Below, one piece after another: positions 48,523 through 57,666 of a stretch of 64,000 nt of DNA. Each line of letters starts with the position of its first letter. The first letter of the stretch is position 1. The notes beneath the pieces were generated by a model that had not been told where the DNA came from, did no database searches, and saw only the letters and a list, made by a program, of their open reading frames with translations. Origin of the DNA: a virus; IMG/VR virus record IMGVR_UViG_3300028393_000022; one strand, given 5' to 3'. Both the position numbers and the translations under genes were made by a program.

Positions 48523-50847
48523 TTATTTTCCTGCAGAACCAGTTTTTACAGGGTTGCCGCTGCCATCAGAGACAATGCCACCTGAGCCTGAACTTACAAC
48601 ATTTCCTTTTAATTGTCCCAAGAAACATTCATAATAGCCTTGCTTCTTAGCATGAATATCTGGAGTACAGAATCCTACTGCTTTATAACCTTCTTCAAAA
48701 TAATCAGGTCCAGGATTTGTATTCAATGTTTTTAATCTAGGATGTGTTAAGAAATAGATAACAACAATCTGTCCAGCTAGAGCCGGATCATTGACTAGTT
48801 CTGGGTTATCAACCAATGCCGTTGGGCTACTTACTAGACCTTTTTCATATAACAACTTGCTAAACTTAGTGTAGTTAGCGCGGCCGGTTAGACCAATATA
48901 TCCGCGACCGATATACTTTAAGCCGTCGCCTGGCTGTGTATTGCCAAGTCCTTTACCCTTAGCTGTATTGTATCCATATAGGAATTCAGGTAAGCTATTG
49001 CCAGGGTTACCTGCATATTTCTGAGCTAATTCTTTGTCACCTTTAAACACACTAGGGAATACTTGTAGCAATCTATCTGCTTGGTAGTTAAAGTTTTCTA
49101 CAACCAACTTCCATAAACTTTCTCCTCCGGCAACACCCAACATTGTAGCAATTTGATAAGGATTAGTTATTCCTAATTTTGCACAAGCATCTTTGATTGC
49201 TTTAATACCTGCTTGACATTGAGGTAAGTTAATCTCTTTTGACCTAGTCGGATCGCAAGTACCTGGTTGTATTTCAGGTTGGTTAGCAGGTTCTTGAGTT
49301 CCGCTTGCCGGATTTGGAGGAACACCCTGAGCACTTCTATCAGCTAATGTTACATCAGTTGCAGCAGAACTAAATTTTGTAGGATTAACGTTTTCATGTT
49401 GTGGCCAAGGTTCGTGTGTTGGAACACGTTGCATAATTGTTTTAATAGTTCCGGTATTGTAAAACTTGCCATCGCTCCATCCATACGGAACTTGTTTATC
49501 AGGTAAACTATTGATTGTTAAATGTGCAGGGGTAGAGGCTGCAGAAGCAGTTGCAGGAGCTGCTGCACTAGGACCGTTTAGATGAATATTTGAACCCGAT
49601 ACTAATATATTACCGTTAGCTCCTAGATTCATTACGCCGCCAGTGCCTATGTTAATATTGCTGTTACTTGCCAAATTAATAGTAGCGGCCGCGGATAGTT
49701 TTATATCACTAGCCACATCAAGATCAAAGCTGCCACCTGTAGTCAATTTAATTGAATCTCCTACAGTTTCGTCTTTCGTTCCTCTAATTGCAACCTTTTG
49801 GTCAGCATCTACAATAAGATATTGATAACCTCCAACGTTAGTTTCCATATTCTTGCCAGCACGCATATGAATATTCCTACCAGCTTCAATATTAACATCA
49901 CGATCTGCTCTAAAGTTAAAATCTGCCTCAGTATGAATGCTAACGCTATCGGCTGCATAGATATCAATCTTGCCGGCACTAGTCATTTCAATCCACGACG
50001 TACCTTTGCTATTACCTATATAGATTAAGTCATGACTATTATGTAAAAGAATTTGATGACCTGTTCTAGTTCTTAATCTAACCAACTCATTCTGTCCGTT
50101 TACATCGCCGTCATCCATTACAAAACTACTGCCGCCCAGTCTACTAACTGGTGCTCTAGAATTTTCTTCATAACCTAACTTACCACGTTTTGCACCTGGA
50201 CTGTCGTCAAGAGGGCCAGGTGTGCTAATACCAAATACTCCGCTAGGTACTTCTCGACGAGCACTACTAGACGTAACACCTCGAACAGTATCTAACAATA
50301 ATCCCTGTTGTACTAATCTATCAGCAAAAGGATGTACAGGTTTAGCAAATCTCTCAACATTAGGGTTATCTAACTTTTTAGATCCTTTGTGAAACTCTGC
50401 AACTGGCAAATAATCTGTACCATATTTTCTTCGTTGTTCTTCTGTGACAGCAACTTGTTTGCTAGCAGCAATACCGGGTACCATATGATTCTGAAATACA
50501 TCATGTACACATCCCATGAAGAATCCCTGATTAGGATCTCCATCAATAAAGATAACCATTACTGTTGTACCAATGTCTGGGGGAATAGCCCAAAAACCAT
50601 AACTCTTTTGTACATCGTTAAAGTCGCTACTATTAGTGCCTTCGTGTCTAATAGAAGTATTTCCAGCAAAGGGACTTAGATATCGAACAACATAAGTTTC
50701 ACCCTGCGATTGTGTAGAACTCGGCATCCCTTTTATCAATGCAACTTCTATACTGCCCATGTAGGTAGGGTCAAGGTGGTTTGTTACTTCCGCTAGAAAC
50801 GGTCCAGGTGAAGGTAACTTAGCCGTTTGTCTTTTTTCAAAACCCAT
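48523..50847 (-). CDS. Baseplate hub/spike (gp5/VgrG-like) with a C-terminal GH19 lysozyme-like domain
   Basis: OB-fold region DPTYMG...PPDIG, RTRTGHQ, beta-helix repeats, GH19 motif YIGRGYIGLTGRANY. Confidence 0.8.
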   Translation of the reverse strand: MGFEKRQTAKLPSPGPFLAEVTNHLDPTYMGSIEVALIKGMPSSTQSQGETYVVRYLSPFAGNTSIRHEGTNSSDFNDVQKSYGFWAIPPDIGTTVMVIFIDGDPNQGFFMGCVHDVFQNHMVPGIAASKQVAVTEEQRRKYGTDYLPVAEFHKGSKKLDNPNVERFAKPVHPFADRLVQQGLLLDTVRGVTSSSARREVPSGVFGISTPGPLDDSPGAKRGKLGYEENSRAPVSRLGGSSFVMDDGDVNGQNELVRLRTRTGHQILLHNSHDLIYIGNSKGTSWIEMTSAGKIDIYAADSVSIHTEADFNFRADRDVNIEAGRNIHMRAGKNMETNVGGYQYLIVDADQKVAIRGTKDETVGDSIKLTTGGSFDLDVASDIKLSAAATINLASNSNINIGTGGVMNLGANGNILVSGSNIHLNGPSAAAPATASAASTPAHLTINSLPDKQVPYGWSDGKFYNTGTIKTIMQRVPTHEPWPQHENVNPTKFSSAATDVTLADRSAQGVPPNPASGTQEPANQPEIQPGTCDPTRSKEINLPQCQAGIKAIKDACAKLGITNPYQIATMLGVAGGESLWKLVVENFNYQADRLLQVFPSVFKGDKELAQKYAGNPGNSLPEFLYGYNTAKGKGLGNTQPGDGLKYIGRGYIGLTGRANYTKFSKLLYEKGLVSSPTALVDNPELVNDPALAGQIVVIYFLTHPRLKTLNTNPGPDYFEEGYKAVGFCTPDIHAKKQGYYECFLGQLKGNVVSSGSGGIVSDGSGNPVKTGSAGK

Positions 50848-50850
50848 ATT

Positions 50851-53800
50851 TTATCCTAAATTAAATTTTCCATTAACTAATTTGTCTAAGGGACTATTAC
50901 CCAAAGAATTACTGCCAAATTTAGCAGTTACAGATCCTATTACGTTTTGATCTATCACCGGTAGTTTACCAGTTAATTGTGCTATTTGAGCGTTAGCAGT
51001 TCCTAATTTATCTTTTATAGAATTTACATCAATCGAATTAAACTGCCCTGGTATGTTTGAGAAAGGATTTATCTGCGATGTTGGAATATTATTCAATGCC
51101 GCAGTTAATGATTCTGTAGGAATTAAATTAGAAGACAATTCTTTAACGCTACTAACTCCATACAAGTTAGCAAGGCCTGTGACACCTCTCTTGGCCGCTA
51201 CTTCTTTAACATAGGCATTATCGACTATAGGAGCAGGTGCTGTTGTATAAGGTGTTGTTGGAGGTAAGTTTTTAATTTTGCTAGGTGGCAAGTAATCAAC
51301 AACTACTCCTGCTGCTGCCGCTTGATTTAAATTAACACCTTCTGGTAGATTAGATCCAAAGCTGCCAATTTGATCAAGAGATTTACTTTGGAAGACATTA
51401 CCTAAGCCTGATAGCTTAGACGGGTCGAGCCCTACTTGAGCAGCAATGGCTTTAGGATCAGCAGGAGTACCTGCAAAAGAAGATATTTTACTACCAATAT
51501 CTTTAATTAAGTTTCCTGCTCCGGCACCTATACCGTTAACAATGCCAACGGCTGATGTTCCTAGTTCTTTTCCTGCACCTATAACACTGCTAACTGTATC
51601 TGATGCAAGTTTTGAGGGATCAATATTGGCACCAAATTTAATTCCTAATGCTGTGGGATCACTAACTGCTTTATCTAATTTAAGAGTAGCTCCTTCTCCT
51701 ATACCAGAACCTTTATTTGACTTATTAAGTGCTGTCGCAATCGAGCCACCTAATATAGTAGCTGCTATCGCACCAACTGCACTCTTTGCAGGAATAGTTT
51801 TAGATAATACCCCTGTTGCCGCAGCAATAAGAGCAACTGATCCAAGACCAGTTTGATTAATATTGCCTAATCCGGAAGAACTTAATCTAATGTTAGAGGC
51901 AATATCAGAGGGCAATGCTTGGCCTATTACAGAAGAACCTGATAGTAATTCGCCAGTCTTAGAAACTCGGCCGGGATTTTGCATTAGTAATGCACCGACT
52001 GTGCCGCCTAGGCCGCCGCTTGCTGCCGTAAAATTACTCAACTGCCCAGGTAGGCCAGGGCTAGGCAATCCTCGATCAAGCTGTTCCATTGCAGTGCTTG
52101 AATCTAAACGTTGGCTAGGATTAAATGCTCGAGTAGTATCAGGTACTACTCTGTTCAAATTGTTTGGTAAAGTTATTATTACATCTGCAGGATCGCTTGG
52201 CTGAATATTTAAATCTAATATCTGTCCAGGTTTTCTTATAATTTCTAAACGTTGTTTAAAGACTCCGTCTTTAAACATGTTAGTAGCTTTGATAATTTGA
52301 TACACTCCGCTGAAGGGGATTAATTTAGGATCAAATTGCATTATTCCTGTTTCAGGATCTATATCAACTGGGTTTCTAAAATTAATTCTAATTAATACTT
52401 CACCCTGTAAGTGGTCAACTTCACCTTCTTTGGTGTTGCCTCGGCCATCGGGTGTTGTATTAAAATTTCCGGTGCCGCCTGTTGCTATATAAAACGGATC
52501 TCCAAGAATTTCCATTTCACCAGTAATCATGCTGGCTTTAGAATTAGTAATTGCCTCGTGCATTTTTTTAGCAAGAGTTCCGTAAGGATCATTTAACGGT
52601 TGACCTGCTTGGCCGCCCTGTGACTGAACCGGAGTTGGTTCTACTTTACTGGGAGGTGTGGGAACTTGTTGCTGTTTTTGAGTATCAGTGGGCGTTCCAC
52701 TTGATTGTTTAGTTACAACATTATCACTTGGGCCGGCACCAGTTTTAGATGACGGAGTATCTTTATTACCAAACGATGCAGGAACTGCTTCAAAGAATAA
52801 TGTATTAAAATTTAATTTAAAATTTATTATATCAACATTTTTGCCAGTGTATATATAGTTGTATTCTCTATTACAAAGTTTAGTTAATTTCTTATCGTCA
52901 ATTTGTTCTTGACCATAAGTCGGAATCCTGGTGTAATGTAGCTTATACTCGGTGACTACATAGGTAAAATTCTGAAATGGTTTTTTACTTGTTTCATCAA
53001 TTGCATCTAGATTAGTTACCTCAATCCTAATCATAAAGTACTTAACCATTCCAAACTCGTCGATGTTTTTCTTTACATCTTTTAAAATATTTCTAACATA
53101 TTCACTATCTCTGATCACAGAAGTAATAGCTTCATGAATATTCATACCTTCTGCAAATTGTACTACTGTTTTACCGGGGGTGTATTTTATTGCTTCGGGT
53201 TCTTTGGCTTGTTTTTCAGCACTAGGTTGAGTACTACCTTCTTTTTTATACGCAGTTGCTTTCTCAGTAGTTCCTGGGTCAGCCATTTTGTATAAGGCGT
53301 TGTCTTTTAAAATTTCTAATAATTTTGATTCGCCAATTTTATTTTCAGGAGTATCTTTCCATCCTTCTTTTTCATCTCGGCTAGGAAACTTAATAGCATA
53401 TATATTGTGTTTATTACCTAAAGAAACTTCTTTGCCGTCTTTATCTGACTTAGAAACTTGTTCGTTGACATTTTTAATCATGTCGTTAAGGATTTCTTTA
53501 ACTGTAGTTCCCGACATCTTAATGGGTTTCTTAACGACATTAGGTTCTCCGAAAGCACGCTCATTAAACGGAACCGCACTACACTTATATCTAGTTCCCT
53601 TTTCAGTAATATCAACTTCGAGATTAGTCAAACCAATAGGAAAATATCGTTCTGTCTTTTCAATTTTTTCTGGATCACCAAACTCTGATAAGTCATCATC
53701 CGGGTATCCCCAGAATTCCATTTTTAAAACAAAGCTGGCTTGTAGATAAGAAGGATATCCAGCCGCAACTGAAGCAAAATGCAATGCTTCTATAAATCCA

Positions 53801-54393
53801 TTAACACTGTAAGGTTCGATGACATCAAATTTAATCTGAGTAGGCAGCGTAGCACCACCATTTTCGCTAAAAGCCATCAATGTTTCTATTTCAACGTTTT
53901 CAATAAACATATCAAAGCGGCCGGGGCTTTCAGAATTAAATCCGTTTAATAATTCACTACCGTAATTTTTTAACGGAACACTCTTTTGTTCATCAGTTAA
54001 ATCAATACGGCGAGGGTCTCTAGCAGCATAATCAGACCTTGATTTTTGTGTTATTTCATCTGGAGTTGCTAAAGTAGCAGCATCACTACGCATAATTGCA
54101 TCACCTTTGCCTCCAGATTTTAAAATAACCAAATCTAATTCACTTGTTCTATAGGCTTTAGGATCTTTTAAATAATTCTTTTTTAATCCAGCAAGAGTAA
54201 AACTATAAGTTACTGACCTATAAGAATTTAACGCATTGGATTGACCGGAGGCAGCAACTTTAATCTTGCCATCCATATCAGCAGCAGAATCACCGTTGGG
54301 ATTCTTTTTAGGATCGTCTGTTTTTCTTTCTAACTCGTCGGAGTACCAGTTGTCATCATACCCGCCTTGATCGCCCATTGCTGTAACAGCCAT
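50851..54393 (-). CDS. Baseplate hub/tail protein (gp27-like N-terminus with a Gly/Ala-rich extension)
   Basis: Position; ILGDPFY...FSGVYQI...FKQRLEIIR pattern. Confidence 0.6.
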   Translation of the reverse strand: MAVTAMGDQGGYDDNWYSDELERKTDDPKKNPNGDSAADMDGKIKVAASGQSNALNSYRSVTYSFTLAGLKKNYLKDPKAYRTSELDLVILKSGGKGDAIMRSDAATLATPDEITQKSRSDYAARDPRRIDLTDEQKSVPLKNYGSELLNGFNSESPGRFDMFIENVEIETLMAFSENGGATLPTQIKFDVIEPYSVNGFIEALHFASVAAGYPSYLQASFVLKMEFWGYPDDDLSEFGDPEKIEKTERYFPIGLTNLEVDITEKGTRYKCSAVPFNERAFGEPNVVKKPIKMSGTTVKEILNDMIKNVNEQVSKSDKDGKEVSLGNKHNIYAIKFPSRDEKEGWKDTPENKIGESKLLEILKDNALYKMADPGTTEKATAYKKEGSTQPSAEKQAKEPEAIKYTPGKTVVQFAEGMNIHEAITSVIRDSEYVRNILKDVKKNIDEFGMVKYFMIRIEVTNLDAIDETSKKPFQNFTYVVTEYKLHYTRIPTYGQEQIDDKKLTKLCNREYNYIYTGKNVDIINFKLNFNTLFFEAVPASFGNKDTPSSKTGAGPSDNVVTKQSSGTPTDTQKQQQVPTPPSKVEPTPVQSQGGQAGQPLNDPYGTLAKKMHEAITNSKASMITGEMEILGDPFYIATGGTGNFNTTPDGRGNTKEGEVDHLQGEVLIRINFRNPVDIDPETGIMQFDPKLIPFSGVYQIIKATNMFKDGVFKQRLEIIRKPGQILDLNIQPSDPADVIITLPNNLNRVVPDTTRAFNPSQRLDSSTAMEQLDRGLPSPGLPGQLSNFTAASGGLGGTVGALLMQNPGRVSKTGELLSGSSVIGQALPSDIASNIRLSSSGLGNINQTGLGSVALIAAATGVLSKTIPAKSAVGAIAATILGGSIATALNKSNKGSGIGEGATLKLDKAVSDPTALGIKFGANIDPSKLASDTVSSVIGAGKELGTSAVGIVNGIGAGAGNLIKDIGSKISSFAGTPADPKAIAAQVGLDPSKLSGLGNVFQSKSLDQIGSFGSNLPEGVNLNQAAAAGVVVDYLPPSKIKNLPPTTPYTTAPAPIVDNAYVKEVAAKRGVTGLANLYGVSSVKELSSNLIPTESLTAALNNIPTSQINPFSNIPGQFNSIDVNSIKDKLGTANAQIAQLTGKLPVIDQNVIGSVTAKFGSNSLGNSPLDKLVNGKFNLG

Positions 54394-54394
54394 A

Positions 54395-54697
54395 TTACAC
54401 TACTCCTAGCACTCGTTGCAATGTTGTTTCTTTAGGTAGGTAAATTTTAACACCTGCTACCAGATCAAATACAGGATCTTTAATTACAGATCTGTTTCTA
54501 ACTGCAAACACCCACCATAACTTATGGTCTTTATATAAATCATAAGCTAACAAATCAGGACGATGTTCGTAAGTAGCAGTCACTTGAAATAAAATGTCGT
54601 CACGTTCTTTAGGAATATCTCTAAAATTAATAACATCAAGATAGTTGTTTACAATCGAAGTGTTATAATACGGACTTGTTTTTGTATATATTGTCAT
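54395..54697 (-). CDS. Baseplate wedge gp53/LysM-like protein
   Basis: RPDLLAYDLY...LWWVFAVRN...GVKIYLP. Confidence 0.75.
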   Translation of the reverse strand: MTIYTKTSPYYNTSIVNNYLDVINFRDIPKERDDILFQVTATYEHRPDLLAYDLYKDHKLWWVFAVRNRSVIKDPVFDLVAGVKIYLPKETTLQRVLGVV

Positions 54698-55587
54698 TAT
54701 AGATATCCTCGATTTCTAAACGAGCCTTCATTATATTCTGATACTGAAAATTGTTGCATTTCGTTTCTGCTGTACATAGGTATGCAGGTTAAATTAAACG
54801 TAGACATTGCAGGAACAGCAGTAGTTTCATATAATGGAGTTTGATCAGATCCTCCAAGGGCTGCTCCTGGATTAATTGTAAAATAATCAACAGTATTAGG
54901 TAATTCAACTCTAAAACTAGATATAGCAACTGGTATATTATGAAACATCATATCCCCGTGAGCATATAATCTACAAACAGGAGGAGGGGCACCTGCGTCG
55001 GGGTCGGTACCAAATCGCATCCTTGTAAGAGATTTTAATAAATGCATTGTACAGATATACATATCTGCATCGTCTGCATTTTCTACAGAGAATTGACCAG
55101 CAATTGATATTGATCCAATACTACTTTTTTGATAAAAGTTAATTGCAAAGTTAGAATGCAGAGGTTGTTGTCCAGAATAATCTGCTTTGGCTTCATAACT
55201 AATAGTAGGAGTATAAGGAAATATAATTCCTCCAGCATTAAAAATTGCGTTATTTGGACCAGCTAGCATCGGAGTAATATATTTTGGAGGAACTAGGATT
55301 CTTGCTCGTAAATCTTTACTTTTATCGCCGGGGCCCATGCCTTTAAAATTAACTCGGGCGCGAGGTGGAACTTTTAATTTAGCACCAGCTGGTACACCAG
55401 GTACTGTTCTCTCGCCCAATGGATTATCAATTCGTCGAGGATCTGTTGCTGCAAATGCAGCAGAACTTTGGCCGGCTCCGGCATTACTAACAATATTTCC
55501 AGGGTTAGCATATTTGGCAGCAGTAGCTATTTCAGATGCAGGAATATTAGCTATAACATTTCCTTGTTCATCATATTGGATGGGCAT
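54697..55587 (-). CDS. Tail tube initiator/baseplate protein (gp48/gp54-like)
   Basis: IIFPYTP...GAPPPVCRL pattern; position at the start of the operon. Confidence 0.55.
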   Translation of the reverse strand: MPIQYDEQGNVIANIPASEIATAAKYANPGNIVSNAGAGQSSAAFAATDPRRIDNPLGERTVPGVPAGAKLKVPPRARVNFKGMGPGDKSKDLRARILVPPKYITPMLAGPNNAIFNAGGIIFPYTPTISYEAKADYSGQQPLHSNFAINFYQKSSIGSISIAGQFSVENADDADMYICTMHLLKSLTRMRFGTDPDAGAPPPVCRLYAHGDMMFHNIPVAISSFRVELPNTVDYFTINPGAALGGSDQTPLYETTAVPAMSTFNLTCIPMYSRNEMQQFSVSEYNEGSFRNRGYL

Positions 55588-55642
55588 TCTATAATTCCTC
55601 GTATAGTATATTTAACCAATAAATAAAACGCTCTTATAATGG

Positions 55643-55672
55643 TTGACATTGCCATTCCTACAATGCTATAAT
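55643..55672 (+). promoter_or_regulatory. Sigma70-type promoter
   Basis: TTGACA-18bp-TATAAT. Confidence 0.75.
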
Positions 55673-55696
55673 GTCTTAACAAGGATAATAATAACA

Positions 55697-56608
55697 ATGA
55701 CCGTAAGTTTAATTCCCACAGGAAGAAAAGTAAAATACCTAAACAATAGAGATTTATTAGCAGAAATTCATAGGAGCAAGTGTTCTTTTTCAAGTTTTCT
55801 AAAACCAGAATACAGCCAACATGACATAATTCTAACCAATTTGGATAAAATTAACATTAGAACTATTGCAGATGCCAAAAGAGCACAGGCCAAAAGGATA
55901 GGCATTGCAGCATTTGCAGCCGCAAGGGCAACAGGTGATAAAAAAGTTAGATTAATTGAGTGTACACCTGATTACACTACAGTTGCTAAAACAGATATTG
56001 TCATTCGAATTATGACATTCGATCATATTCCGCTAGCACCGGGTCGTAAAAAGACTGTCAAAAGTACAGCAGACGGGCACGATAAAGTAAACTTTCCTCC
56101 ATTCCAGCATTGGAAATTTGATGATGCTGGAGAATTAACGTGCGTAGGTAAGAGTCATTGGAAAGGTCCTTTAGACACGGGACATTTTTCTAAAGATCAC
56201 GGTCGAATCACTGAAAATTTAGGTAAGATGTATATCAAACTAAGCGAACGATATGCACAACGTAGCAACTGGCGTGGTTATACCTATGTGGAGGAAATGC
56301 GGGGGCAAGCAATTTTACAGTTATCACAAATTGGTCTACAGTTTGATGAATCTAAATCTGAAAATCCTTTTGCCTATTACACAGCCGCAGTGACCAATAG
56401 CTTTACTCGTGTACTGAATATTGAAAAGAAAAATCAAAATATTCGTGATGACATGCTTGAAACACACGGACTAACTCCAAGTCTTACAAGACAAAACCAA
56501 CAAGAGTATGCAGAGGAGAATGCTCGCCAAGCTGAATTGTATAAAAACTTCCGTATGCCTAAGAGTGAGGAAGATGCAATTGATGATTCTGAAGAAACTA
56601 ATCTTTGA
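55697..56608 (+). CDS. gp55: Late-transcription sigma factor (T4 gp55-like)
   Basis: YLNNRDLL...NWRGYTY.EEM...FDESKSENPFAYYT...EKK; lies upstream of gp47/gp46 as in T4-like phages. Confidence 0.8.
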   Translation: MTVSLIPTGRKVKYLNNRDLLAEIHRSKCSFSSFLKPEYSQHDIILTNLDKINIRTIADAKRAQAKRIGIAAFAAARATGDKKVRLIECTPDYTTVAKTDIVIRIMTFDHIPLAPGRKKTVKSTADGHDKVNFPPFQHWKFDDAGELTCVGKSHWKGPLDTGHFSKDHGRITENLGKMYIKLSERYAQRSNWRGYTYVEEMRGQAILQLSQIGLQFDESKSENPFAYYTAAVTNSFTRVLNIEKKNQNIRDDMLETHGLTPSLTRQNQQEYAEENARQAELYKNFRMPKSEEDAIDDSEETNL

Positions 56609-56652
56609 CTTTGCTCAATCTAGAATGTAAACTGTTAGTAGGAGAATAACTT

Positions 56653-57666
56653 ATGAACCTTTTTAAGAAGGTAGCAGTCTTTACAGATCTGCACGTCGGC
56701 CTTAAATCAAATTCAACGACCCATTTAAGAGACTGTGAAGAATTTGTAGATTGGTTTATCGAACAAGCAAAAGAAAATAACTGCGAGACTTGCATTTTTA
56801 TGGGTGATTGGAGTCACAATAGGAATAGTCTCAATCTTGTCACTCTCAATACATCACTGACTTTATTAGAAAAGTTAGGTCAAGGGTTTGAAAAGTTCTA
56901 TTGGTTTCCAGGTAATCACGATTTGTTCTATAAAGACAAGCGTGATATCCATAGCAGTGCGTTCGGACGTCATGTCCCCGGTGTGACTGTTGTCGAGGGT
57001 GTAACAACTATTGACGGAGTCACGCTTGTTCCGTGGCTAGTAGGAGATGAGTGGAAATCGATGAAGACACTTGACAGCAAATATGTGTTTGGGCATTTTG
57101 AATTGCCCTTATTCTACATGAACGCCATGGTACAAATGCCCGACCACGGTGAGCTTAAAGCTGCTGACTTTGGAAAACCAGAGTACGTATTCAGCGGACA
57201 CTTTCATAAACGACAAAGCAAAGGCAACGTACATTACATTGGTAATGCATTTCCACATAACTTTGCCGATACATGGGATGATGATCGCGGCATGATGACA
57301 CTCGAGTGGGGTGGTAAGCCAGAATATATCAATTGGGATAATGCTCCTAAGTACAGAACTATTAAACTTAGCGAATTAATTGATAAAAAAGATGAAATTA
57401 TGAAGTCAAAGATGCACTTTAAAGTGAATCTAGACATTGATATTAGCTATGAAGAAGCAAACTTTATTAAAGAAACGTTTGTTGCTGACTATGACATCCG
57501 TGAAATTAGTCTCATTCAGGATAAAACTAACCTGGACGGAACTATTGATGATAACCCAGATGCTACATTTGAAAGTGTTGATCAGATTGTATCCGAACAA
57601 TTGATCAACATTGAATCTGAACAGTTTGATAAAAACGTGCTACTTACCATCTATAATAATCTATGA
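56653..57666 (+). CDS. gp47: Recombination nuclease subunit (gp47/SbcD/Mre11)
   Basis: TDLH, MGD, GNHD, GHFE and SGHFH. TTGACT-17bp-TAAACT at 56605-56633 upstream. Confidence 0.92.
   Translation: MNLFKKVAVFTDLHVGLKSNSTTHLRDCEEFVDWFIEQAKENNCETCIFMGDWSHNRNSLNLVTLNTSLTLLEKLGQGFEKFYWFPGNHDLFYKDKRDIHSSAFGRHVPGVTVVEGVTTIDGVTLVPWLVGDEWKSMKTLDSKYVFGHFELPLFYMNAMVQMPDHGELKAADFGKPEYVFSGHFHKRQSKGNVHYIGNAFPHNFADTWDDDRGMMTLEWGGKPEYINWDNAPKYRTIKLSELIDKKDEIMKSKMHFKVNLDIDISYEEANFIKETFVADYDIREISLIQDKTNLDGTIDDNPDATFESVDQIVSEQLINIESEQFDKNVLLTIYNNL

Noticed and set aside
55643-55696. TTG start of the sigma factor ORF
   Set aside because: The TTG is the -35 box of the promoter. ATG 55697 follows an AAGGA SD-like sequence.
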